64,000 nucleotides of DNA from Felis catus (Eukaryota): the NCBI RefSeq assembly GCF_018350175.1, contig NC_058368.1, positions 157,048,001 through 157,112,000 on the forward strand, given 5' to 3'. The notes beneath the pieces are model-generated. The model was not told the DNA's origin, did no database searches, and was given only the letters and a program-made list of their open reading frames with translations. Position numbers and translations under genes: made by a program. Of this stretch, positions 23,896 to 36,900 are shown in pieces (within the stretch, counting starts at the first letter, position 1; each line of letters opens with the position of its first letter).

Positions 23896-26800
23896 ACAAT
23901 TTATTTTTCCATTCATCTGTCAACAGATGCTTAGGTTGTTTCCATATCTTGGCTATTGTGAATATTGCTACAGTGAACATGGGAGTGTGGGAGTGCAGAT
24001 ATTCCTTCCAAGTACTGATTTCATTTCCTTTGGATATACATCCAGAACAGGGGTTGCTGAATGATGTAATAGTTCTATTTTTAGTTTTTTGAAGAACCTT
24101 CATACTGTTTTCTATAATTGCTGCACCAATTTACATTCTTACCAATAATATACAAGGGTTTTCTTTTCTCTACCTACTAGTCGACATTTGTTATATTTTT
24201 ATTATTTTGATAATAGCCACTCTAACAGGTGAAGGGTAATATCTCATTGTGCTTTTGATTTGCAGTTTCCTGATGATCAGTGACACTGAGCACCTCTTCA
24301 TGTACTTGCTGGTCACTTGTATGTCATCTGTGGATAAATATCTATTCAGATGCTTTGCCTGTTTTTTAAAAATATTTATTTATTTTTGAGAGAGAGAGAG
24401 AGAAAGAGAAAGAGAAAGAGAAAGAGAAAGAGAAAGAGAAAAAGAAAGAGAAAGAGAAAGAGAGAGAGATTGAGATGGGAGAAGGGCAGAGAGAGACGGG
24501 GACAGATTATCCGAAGCAGGCTCTGCACCAACAGCAGACAGCCGATGTGGGGCTCCAAGTCACGAACTGTGAGATCATCACCTGAGCCAAAGTCAGGGGC
24601 TGCTTAACCGACTAAGCCACCCAGGCACCCCCACATTTGTCCATTTTTTAATCTGTGGTCATTTACAGCTACTTCTTTTTTCTGTGGTCCTAGGGGACTT
24701 GCCAATGAGTCCCATCAGCTCTCAGAGCTAGGTGATTTGGAAGCCAGTCTCTCAGGTGGCAGCTGTAAAAGTTGAAGTGCTCGATGTATGTCCAAACCTT
24801 TCACTCCTCAGGAAGAAGCTAAGATTTGGGGGTCCCCTCCCAACTGTAAGGAAGGCACTGTGCCAAGAATGGGGTTTACAGCATGAATGTGTCTCAGTTT
24901 TCCTGCCCATTTCAATGTGGGTATATTCTTAGATGCCTGATAAGCATGAGTCTTTAAATTAGTTTCTGGGTTTTTCTAAGAGGAAACTGATCTGTGTGTA
25001 GCTGTTTATTTGGTACATCCAGAGAAGGGGAAACCAAGAGCCTCCTATCCCTCCATTTTATTCTTCAATTGCTTACCTTCCCCTTGAATCTTAGGTAGTG
25101 ATTTTAGGACGAGGTCTTATTTTTCCTTGAAATATCTCCTTATTATGAAAATTTCTTTATTGTATTTGTTAATCTGAGACAGAATCTGGCTAAAAGCCAT
25201 GAGACTTAAATTCACCCTTCCTCTCCCGTTCTGTGTATTTTTGCCAGGCAAGGGACTAATAGACAAGCTGAGACAGATTAATTACTGTCTTTCCACATAT
25301 TGACCTTAATTCTAATGAGTATTTTGGCATAACTGAGATTAAGTTGATTATTTTAACATAATTCCTAGGAAACATTTTACTGCTGCATAAATCAAACTCA
25401 ATATTTAATAATGGCAACGTGCTTTGAATTTTACACCGTATTTCCTACTCCAAAACAGGGGCAGTATAAAAGCAAGTAACTCCAATGAGACAAAGTTCTC
25501 AAAGGTGTCTGGTCTGCTTTTGATACCCTCTCCTCTATTCAGTAGATGATAATCTCAGGTGCAAATGAGGAAAAGCAAGTATGTAAATAACATCCATAGG
25601 GATGGCCATGATTTACAGTCTGCAGCAGCAGTCAGAGGACGCAGGACTTCCAGCTACATTTGGCTATTTGGGACCCAAAGGCAGATTTTTCTTATTAAAA
25701 AAATTAAAAATTGTGTTGATATGAAATTAAAAGCAAAAATCATATTCTTTGGAAGAATGATATCATGGATATTGTCAACTTTTGAAAAGTTAAGAGTAGA
25801 AACTTCGGGCTAAAGATAATTGAATGAAGATATTTTTACGCCACTCCTCTCACTTGCCACGTCTTAAAGCCAGTTAAAAATAGAAGGGAAGCAAAAATTC
25901 CATCTTTTTTAAAAAGTGTTTATTTATTTTTGACAAAGAGAGATAGAGCATGAGCGGGGGAGGGGCAGAGGGAGAGGGAGACACAGAAACCGAAGCAGGC
26001 TCCAGGCTCTGTCAACACAGAGTCCCAAGCGGGGCTGAACTCAGACTGCGAGATCATGACCTGAGCGGAAGCCGGATGCTCAACTGACTCAGCCACCCAG
26101 GCGCCCCTAAAAATTCCATCTTTTTTTTTTTCAACGTTTTTATTTATTTTTGGGCAGAGAGAGACAGAGCATGAACGGGGGAGGGGCAGAGAGAGAGGGA
26201 GACACAGAATCAGAAACAGGCTCCCGGCTCCGAGCCATCAGCCCAGAGCCTGACGCAGGGCTCGAACTCCCGGACCGCGAGATCGTGACCTGGCTGAAGT
26301 CGGACGCTCAACCGACTGCGCCACCCAGGCGCCCCTAAAAATTCCATCTTTAATAGAACTTGGAAGTTGCCACAACTGCTAACCACAACCACAAACAGAG
26401 TACACTTACAAATACTGTCATGTCTGTCTTCCTCGGACTTTAGATATAATGACTTGCGCCAAAACAAGAGTCGTAATCCTAAATAATTTGAATGGAGTAA
26501 TATTACTCCATTACTCGGGACTCAGGCGGGTCACAGGACACACAGGAAATGTCCCTTCAGGGAATCAGGTCAGTAACACAGAGCAGCTGAGGAGTGTAGC
26601 TGAGGATGCATTTGTGTTATTTATCATTTGGAAGCTGTGTGCTTGCAAATTCATACCCGAGAGAAATGCTGACATGCTACAGGCAGAGGAAGTAGAGCGG
26701 GCCTATAGCATCACTACAGAAAATCTAGGATTCAGTGATTGGCTGTAAAATACACCAATCCCGTTTTTGAGGAGGAAAGGGGGAGGTGTGCCCTCCTACA

Positions 26801-28376
26801 GCCTGTAGGGCTTAAGAAAAGAATAGATTTGATACTGCAAGCCTGAGTGGAGGATGTGGTCTACTCCTCCCCCACACACACACTTGGTGATCTTCTGTAG
26901 GTAGTCAGAATCAGCCAAAGATGTAAGCATGATAGGTAGAATCTAGCCTGTGCATAAAAATCGGCACCACCAATATCGATAGACAGAGAAAACTATGAGG
27001 CTGATGTGCAAACCTCAATGAGAGAAATTACCCAGAAACACACACGAGGGGTTCAAATCAGAGGTTCTCTTGGTTTCAAAGAAGTAAGAACAAAGGAAAA
27101 AGATTAAAGCAGATTGCTGATTGAACAGCAATCAGCTGTAATTTTGCTCCTTCCCAAAGTCCCACTAAATCTACTGCAAAAAAAAAAAAAAAAAAAGTTT
27201 CTCTTTAAAACAGACCCACCAAAACAGAGGATATCAGCATAGAAATGTTGGGACGAAGAAAACAGACATGTGGAAAACTGACTTATCAGATGTAATAAAA
27301 CCAGTTTTAAACCTGTGGGATAAACTGAGAATGATCTGGTTTTACACCACACAATTCTCAAAAGGCTTAGGTGCTGGCAGCACTAGGAAACTCTGAAACT
27401 AGGTAAAGACAGGCTCTTGTCTCTAGGGAGAACTGGGAAAAGCAGGAAGAGGGAGAGCAAAGAACCACTGTAGTTTGTTGTCGTAGACCCTGGGTCTGGA
27501 GTTCTCTTGTCCAGCAAGAGAGCAGACACAGGATTAATATGCAAGTCACAGGATTAATATTCCAAGTCCGAGAGGAGACAAGAGCTCCCAGTAAGTGTCC
27601 TTGCTCCGTTTTTATTAGGATCAGAAGGTTTATCAGCATGATGGACATGCACAAAGAGACAATGAAATTGTGAACATTAACTCACGGGCGTGATGGAAAG
27701 GGGGTTTTGAAGATATGTGGTGTTAGGGGGTTGGGTCAATACAAAACAAAATCCAGGTGCTGAGCAGATGGTTGTTTACAGCAGACATGAGGCGCCTTGT
27801 CTGTTTACCTAAACTTGCCTAGGGGGACAAGAAAGACAGAACATGCTACCTCAGGGTCAACAAGGCACCTTTCTTTTGCTAATTAGCTCCACTCCCGGCA
27901 ACTTTGCCTGGGGTGGTCTCTAGCCCCTTTTACCTGTTTACCTATTTTGATCCTTCCTTCCCGTGAAAGCAGTTTTCTGCTATTGTACTAAATTGGGGGG
28001 CACTGCTGCCCTGAATACCTAATCTCTACCTATTCTTGGATACTTTCATCCTGTGGCTATTTCTTCATGCCTTGTTAACCCTTCAGCGCAAGCTCAGGGA
28101 ATTCTTAAGCTTAATTCCCACAGTTTATTATTAGCCTTTTAGTTTTTATTGACTTCTAAACTATAGGCATGTTTTACTTTGATACAATAAAAATATTGAA
28201 TAAATACGAAATAAAAGGCCTTCCCCAAAACAGAGATCATCACCTAACAGAACGAGATGGATATACTGGAATTGCTCAGGGATAAGGTGGGAAAAAAAAA
28301 AAATTAAAATATCACAGAGATCAAATCTGTTTTGGAAGGCGCCCCCCCCCCCCATGGAATAAATACAACTAAAAAT

Positions 28377-28423
<47 letters not shown>

Positions 28424-31400
28424 ATATTTATTTATTTTTGAGACAGGGAGAGACAGAGCATGAATGGGGGAGGGTCAGAGAGAGAGGGAGATACAGAATC
28501 CGAAACAGGCTCCAGGCTCCGAGCTGTCAGCACAGAGCCTGATGCGGGGCTTGAACTCACGGACCATGAGATCATGACCTGAGCCGAAGTCGGATGCTTA
28601 ACCGACTGAGCCACCCAGGTGCCCCCAAAATAATTATTTTTTAAATGCTAACATGAGAAAACCACAAAAAATGAAAAGAAAATGTTTTTTTTAACATAAA
28701 AATTGTTGTAGAAAAATGATGTATATAGCAGACAAGTAAAACTCATTCAACATAGACTCTGTAGGACCGCCTGAAGAAGAAAGAGAACAAATTCTTTAGG
28801 AAAAAAGAATGGGTATAAGAAAAGAGAACTTCCTTGAAACGGAGATTTGAATCCATAAATCAAAACTAGAATTCAAGAAAAATTGCTATAAGAACAACTG
28901 AATCAAAATATACCAGTTGAGGGGCCCCTGGGCAGATCAGTTGGCTAATCATCCTGTCCAACTCTTGATTTTGCCTCAGGTAATGATCTCACTGTTCATG
29001 AGATCAAGCTGGTGTGCTGTCAGCGTGGAACTTGCTCGGGATTCTCTCTCCCTCTCTCTCTGCCCTTCCTCCACTCGTGCTCAAGGGTGTGCTCTCTCTC
29101 TCTCTCTCTCAAAACAAACAGACAAACAAAAAATCCTGGTTGAAGTTACTGAACATCAGGAATAAAGAATCATTAGACAACCAGGTGGACAAAACAAACC
29201 AGCATGTGGTGTTAGGCTGGCAGTCTGTGTTTTTGCATGGGGAGATAGGAATTAATAAATAATAGCTACTGATCTTGTAGGGGTGCTTCCTCAGTGCTAG
29301 GTGCTGGCTAAATCATTTGATTCATTACCTCCTTTCATCTTAAAATAACCCTATCAAGTGACATTTTTTTCAGGATAGCCACTTACGGTTTTGAAGGTTG
29401 AGCATAAAGCATTCCAGGAGATACTATCTATGGCTCCTGTGTTCATGCTGCGCATGTTGCTGGCAAGTCTGGTGTTGTGTGGTAGACAAATCGTGCAGCT
29501 ATGTTCAGTGGCCTTGGGGTCATTACTCCCTTTTCTCAGTTAAGGAGAACTGAAGCTCATAGACCGTTAAGAAATTTTTCCCAGATCACAAAGCTAGGAA
29601 ACGGCAGAAGCCAGATTCAAAGCCTGGTCAATGTGACATCAGAGACAAATTCTTAACCGTTAGCCTACAATGTACAGGCCAGCTGTCTCTGAAGGTCGAA
29701 CAAGGAGGGAGTTTGGTGACAAGTGGCTGGGAGCAGTGATAGCAGCAACTGTTTCTATGTAATCTTTGGGGATCTTGATGTGGATTCACATAGTAGCCTA
29801 ACTAACTGACAACAGAGCTTGTTTTGACAACAGGTTTTATGTACAAATGTGTGAAATGGCTTTTGCCTGTGACTTTGCTGCATTACAAGCCAGCTCCCAT
29901 TTTTGATCAGATTAATTCCTAATTTTTCCTCCCAGCAGTATCCCCTCCCCTACCACAGTCCCCTGGTTTCTCTTCTAAGGATTTCTCAGGCAAAATTAGC
30001 ACCATACTCATTTTGGGCTCAACTTTGGTACTAAAAATCTTAAGAAAAAAAATTCATTTCTAGATCCTAAAAAAATATTGACAGCCATAAAATAAACTAT
30101 ATTTATAGCACTTTGCATAATAGCATGAAAATGTAGTTCCCAACAAATATTATTTGAGGACAAAGAATTGTTTTATAAAATTACAAACTTAACAGTGACC
30201 TCTGATAACTTTACACAAAAAAACACAGTCCTTCAGCATTCTCCATATCTTCCATGCATTTATGAGTGCATATATTTCATGCATATATGAGTGTATTGCA
30301 ACTGATAACACAGTACGTAACCTGCCGTCTCCCAAGAGAAGCCTTGAGTAGTGATATGGGGTGGGCTTCCCTGACATGCTGGAAAGATGGTTAATCTTCA
30401 ACTCCAACCCCATTTCACCAGAATTACTTCTTAAAATACCATGTGCAACTTTATGAGCCAAAACTTCATTCACATGTTACTGTGAATTGTTTTTGTCCTA
30501 ATATGACACTTGACTGAGCCCACTCCAGGAGCAGGAGTTGTGACTGGGGCTAAGAGGAGGGAAATTGGTTTTTGAAGATGGGTTGGAAGATGATGGTGAG
30601 CTAAGACTCTTTGTAGCCAGAGGAGAATTGACAATCTTGGATCCAACAAAGAGACTAGAGAAAAGTGGATTCAGAATGCAGTATAGAACAGGATAAAGTT
30701 TCAATTTTACCTAACCACAGGCAGTAGGGAGTACTCCCCCAATATCAAAACCTGTTGGAACTCCTATGACCGTATTAATATATCAGACTGAAAATCAAAA
30801 ATTCCCCCCATTTTCTCCCAATATCTTCATCTACCCCAACCCAGTTCTTTGATTTTGACTGATGTAACATTATCCAACCTGGTTTCTCTCTCATCAGAAA
30901 AAAGAGAGAAAAGTGAAGATTTCTGTTTATGTTCCTACGTCTACTAACTCGTTATTCAAAGAACTTTAGAACTTTTGCCATGAATGAATGCACACATCCT
31001 ACTGTAGTATTAAAAATGTTTGAGCCTATTGATCTCACAACCAATTTTCGTCTTGCCACTAGATGTGACTCCAGCATTGTGAAGCTTTCTGGAGACATTC
31101 AGTTCATCAGGCATGAGCACCGGAAAATTGAGAAAACAATTCAAAATTTCATGTCTGCCCTAGAAACTGTTTCTAAGAACTTGGATATGAAGGTAACCGA
31201 AAATATTTGGAACTCTTACATTATGTGTTATTGCCAGAAGATCATTATAGCTTATCAAAATGCCTAGTCGGGTGGAAATTTTTCAAAAGAACTCTTTACT
31301 TCCAAAGCGTTTAAATATGACAGGCATGCATATATACCATGAGCACTGTCAGTTGAATTAACAAAACTTTAATGAGTACCTCCTATGTTCCAATGTAGCC

Positions 31401-33329
31401 ACCCATTATAAGCCTGTGCTACTTGATTCCACTGTTGCTATTCTTTTACTCTCTGGGATTTCCTCAAAGACTGTAGAACCAAAGATTATAAGCAAAACAT
31501 TTTTTCATGGACTATTATTATTAAATATCCAACCTAAATGTGAGTTGATTATGTTACATCCCTACAATAGGTTACGTCTCTCACAAAATAATGTTCAAAT
31601 CCATTGCCCTGGTTTTAAAGGCCATCTCTACACTGGCCTCCTGCTTATCTTTTCAGCTCACCCCATTTTTCCTGGCTTACCCCTCATACCCAGTGGTACT
31701 GAACAACCTGGAGGTAGGTCTGTACTCACTCTAAGACATTACACAGCCTCCATATTGTTTGTGCTTTTTTTCTGCCTGAAATGCCTTTCGTTTTTCACCC
31801 TCCCAATGGCTTAACTAAAGGAGCCAATGCAAAGTATTCTGTGCCTTACTTTGTCATGTACCTTATGTGACAATAAGCACTTCTCTGAAGTCATTTAGGC
31901 AGAACAAAGTGGAAATTCTTTGAGAATAGGGGGACATGTAAGTTTGGTGTATGATTATTTGTTTATAGGACCAAATAATCAAGAGCAGAAGGTTCAAAGG
32001 GGCACATAGATTACTCCAATCCCATTGGGCTCACCTTGCCCACACCTACGCACCCATCTAATTAAGTCCTAATAGTTTTTTGGTTGAGTCTCTTTGTTTT
32101 CCAAAATACCTAGTCATATCAAAAACAAATCATAACCATGTTACCTCTGGTTTTCTGATGTAACACCTCAGTACTTTTTTTTTTTTTTAAGTACTTTAAA
32201 GCCATGACCAGATCTCCAGATGATTGTTAAATAAAAGTGGTCATAGAAGGCAATTTATCTAGTTTCTTATTATACTGGAGATGTCTTTGTTGTTTTCTGT
32301 TGGATGTTGGTGTGATATATTTTTAACCATGTTAAAGTAACCTTCAATTCCTACTTACTTCCAGTAGTTTTTATTAGTGCTCAGTTTTTATTAGGACTGA
32401 ACATTTCACCTTAAAAAATGCCTTGTAGACATCAACAAAGGCCTATATCATCATATTAGGGTTTTTTTAATTTGGGTTTTTATTTGTTCACTCGTTTATT
32501 TCTTTGGACTTCTAATGTGCTATGTCAATACATTTCCCAATACTGAAACATTCCTGCATTTCTGCCATACAGTCATTGTGTAATCATTCAGCATTTGACT
32601 TTGCATCTAGGTTCAAAATTTGATTTGGGGTGCCTGGGTGGCTCAGTCAGTTAAGCCTCCAACTCTTGATTTCAGCTCAGGTCATATCTCATGGTTCATG
32701 AGTTCGAGCTCTGAATTGGGGTTCGCGCTGAGAGTGGGGAGCCTGCTTGGGATTCTCTGTCTCCCTGTCTCCCTTCCCTTCCCCCCCACTCTCTCTCTAA
32801 ATAAATAAACTTAAAACACTTTTTCAAAAAAGTGACACTGACTGAAGTTTATTCTTAGTTTTTTTAAGGTAATACAGATGATGGGGCGCCTGGGTGGCGC
32901 AGTCGGTTAAGCGTCCGACTTCAGCCAGGTCACGATCTCGCGGTCCGGGAGTTCGAGCCCCGCGTCGGGCTCTGGGCTGATGGCTCAGAGCCTGGAGTCT
33001 GTTTCCGATTCTGTGTCTCCCTCTCTCTCTGCCCCTCCCCCGTTCATGCTCTGTCTCTCTCTGTCCCAAAAATAAATAAACGTTGAAAAAAAAATTAAAA
33101 AAAAAAAAAAGGTAATACAGATGATATGTATGGTTCACAAATCAAAACTACATAAGAAAATATACACTGAGAATTTTTGTGCCCACCTCTGTCACCATTA
33201 TCACATTCTTTCATTTCCTCACTGAAAACCATTTTTATTATTCTGTTGTGGATTCTTCAGTATGCCTTTATGCAGATACAAACAAATGCAAATATATTCC
33301 TATTTTCTCCTTTTTACAAATAAGGTAGC

Positions 33330-33369
<40 letters not shown>

Positions 33370-33860
33370 TATGTATCTTTTTTTTTTTTTTTTAAACTAA
33401 ACAAACACATCCTGGAGATCAGTCATACTAATACATGGAAAGCTTCCTCATTCTTTTTTTTACAGCTGCATATTCTCTGTGTTCAATAGCTCACTCATTT
33501 AGCCTATCTCTCACAGACGGACATTTGGACATTTTTAGTATTTTTCTCTTTCAAACAATGCTGCAAGGTGTAACTTGCACCTATATATTGTGTGTATGTC
33601 CATAGGTATGTTTGTAGGATCAATTACCAGAAGTGTGATTGCTGGGTCAAAATACATGTTTGTTATTTTGAGGTATCTTGCTGTCTGTAGGGTTTTGATC
33701 ATATTACACAGCCATCGGCGATATGTAAAATGTAAAAATGAGGACATTTTACATATTGCCTCACCAATGGTGTTGACTTTTGAATTTTGCCATTCTTACA
33801 GGAAAAAGAAAGCTAAAATCTCTGTGTTTCACTTAGCCTTTCCTTTCTGTTTTTTTAATT

Positions 33861-33907
<47 letters not shown>

Positions 33908-36900
33908 TTTTTGAGAGCATGTACACAGCAGAAGAGGGAGGGAGAGAGCAGATCCTCAGTAGGATCCGAGCTGTCAGTGCAGAGGTCAACATGGGGCTCA
34001 AACTGATAAACAACCATGAGATTATGACCTTAGCTGAAATCAAGAATCGGATACTTAACCAACTGAGCCACACAGGCACCCCTTCACTTAGCCTTTCTCA
34101 TTGTGAATGAGATTCACATCTTCAAGAGCTATTTTCATTTCTTTTTCAGCGAGTTATCTGTTCATCTCTTTTATCCATTTCCTTATTGGTCTGTTTTTCT
34201 TTTTCTTCTCAATTTTTAGGAGCTCTTTATATGTTCTTTTGACTTTTGTCATGCTTATGTTCTATATTTATAGCTAAATTTATCAGCTTTTTTTTTTTTT
34301 TGTAGCTTCTTTTAAGTCACACTTAAAAAGAAATTCCCTAGGGGTGCTGGGTGGCTAAGTTGATTTTGGCTCAAGTCATGATCTCAGTCATGAGATTGAG
34401 CCCCATGTTGGGCTGCATACTAACAGCATGGAGCTGCTTGGGATTCTCTCCCTCTCTCTCTGCCTTTCTCCCACTTGCACTGTCTGTCTCCCCCTCTCAA
34501 AATAATTACTCATGTTTTCTTCTAGCACTTTCATGGCTTTACTGTTTATATTTAGATTCTTGATCCATTTGGAGTTTTTCTAATGTAGAATGTGCCTCAA
34601 TTATTATTTTAATCATTGAGACCTTATAGTACTTTTAGTATCTGGTACAGCAAGTACCTTTCATTGCTTTCTTTTCTCCCTTTCCCTGGTGATAATTGTT
34701 TGTTTTTTGCATATGATTTTAAAATCAGTCTGTCTATTCCCAGCAAATAATAACTCATTTTTAATTTTTATTGAAATCACATTAAATCATAAATTAACTT
34801 TTGAATTTACTGAATCATAATGCTGAGTGTTTTATCCAAGAACATAGTGTGCTTCTTATTTGTCAGGTTTGCTTTTCTATCATTCAAGAATAGTTTGAAA
34901 TTTTCCTCATGTTCACATCATCTTCAATATATTTTGGGATTTTGTTATCTTTTTTCTTTTTAGTTTATTGCAGTGGGGTCTCATTATATCTTCTGATGAG
35001 TTGTTGCATACAATGAAAGCAATATTAATTTCATCTTCTATTAGTGAATTCTCCTCTTGATTATAGAAATTTTGCAGTTTGTTGTTGTTTTTCCAGGCAC
35101 ACAATCATGTGATTTTTAAATAATAATCTTACTCATTTTTTTCACTTTCTTTTTTTTTTAATTTTTTAATTTATATATATTTTTAAAAATTTTTAACATT
35201 TATTTATTTTTGAGACAGAGAGAGACAGAGCATGAATGGGGGAGGGTCAGAGAGAGAGGGAGGCACAGAATCCGAAACAGGCTCCAGGCTCCGAGCTGTC
35301 AGCACAGAGCCCGACGCGGGACTCGCATTCACGGACCTCGACATCATGACCTGAGCTGAAGTCGGACGCCCAACCGACTGAACCACCCAGGCGCCCCTAT
35401 TTTTTTTCACTTTCATACACACAATTCCTTTCCCTGCTATAATTGCCTTAATAACTCCAGTATAGTATTAAATAGTAGTGTGGGAATAGTGGTCATCCTG
35501 CTCTTGTTCCTGACGTTAATGGAAATTCCCCCAGGATTTCCCTTATGATGAGGGAAGTTAGTTTTCTCAGTGAACATTTTTGATGCACTATTCCTATTAT
35601 ATTGAGTTTTTGTCTGTAATCCAGAATGATTGAGAATTTGTCAAATGCCTTTCAACATTATTTGTGGAGATAATCATGTGAGTTTTCTCCTCAACTATGC
35701 TGGCATAATTATTTGTATTAACATATTTCTTATTAAACGATTCTTGTTTTAAAAAATAAATTGTGCTTGATTATGATGTTTTTAAAATTGTGCTGATACT
35801 GTTTGCTGATATTTTATTTAAGAAGTTTGCATCAATATTTATAAACAAGATTAGTCTTTTTGTGCAACCTTTTTCAGATTTTAGAATCGATGTTTTGCTG
35901 ACTTCATGAAAATAATTTGGAAGTTTCCCTTCTTTTTCTATGCTCTGAAACAGTTTAAAAAACATTGCAATGACCTATTCTTTAAAGATTCAGTAGTTTG
36001 CCTCTGAAGCCATTTAGGCCTAATGATTTAGTGGAAAGAAGAGTTCTTTGATATCTTTGCTCAGTTTTTTCCATGGAAAATCTTTTCAAGGGTCAGCTTT
36101 AGTAAATTACTTCTGCTTGGAAAAAAGTACCTTTTTCATCCAGATTTTGAAATTAATTTGCATAAAATTGTGCAAAATACTATGAAGATTATTTTCATTC
36201 CTTCTGCTTTTATATTTTTCCCCTCACCATTTTATTTGTGCTTTTTTGGCCCTTTGATTAGTTAGGCTATTTGTGCTTTAATAATTATATTGATTCCTCT
36301 CCATTGAGCCACTCTTTTTATGTATTTTTAAGTTCTTCTATTTTGTTCTCCATGTGTTCTCAGCAATTCAAGTTTTTGTCTTTTTTTCCCTTTTCCTGTG
36401 ATTTGTTTTGCTGTTAATTTTCTAACTTTTTGAACCAAAAATATTTCTAATCTTTTGCTGACAGAAGCATTTTTGACTATGAATTTTCCCTGAGCATTTA
36501 TTTGCTTCCCTGTATCCCCTAGGGTTGATATAGTGTTCTCATGGCTTCCTAGAAATTCTGCAGTTGTATATTGTATTTTTCCCTTTGATTGAACAGATTA
36601 AGAGGGGTTGTTGTTTTTCCTGAGTTAAGGATTTTTTGTTATCCTAGTATTCATTTGTAGTTTTATCTCCCTGTAATTGAAAATTTTATGTATATACCAG
36701 TTTGAGTTTTTGGAATACTTTGAGGGATTTATTTTGGCATCTGGATAGAAAAATTTTCTACACGTTCTAAAAGAATATATTCTGTATTTTTAGGCACAAA
36801 GTTCAGTTGCTATCTAAAACATTGCTTATTGTTTAGGTCTATTGTATCCTTACGTATTTTTTTGTTTTTTTCTTCAGTCTTGGATTGACAAAAGTGAATT

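Noticed and set aside
25893..26351. CRISPR-like repeat-spacer pattern
   Set aside because: The repeats are TSDs and the spacers are SINEs in eukaryotic DNA.
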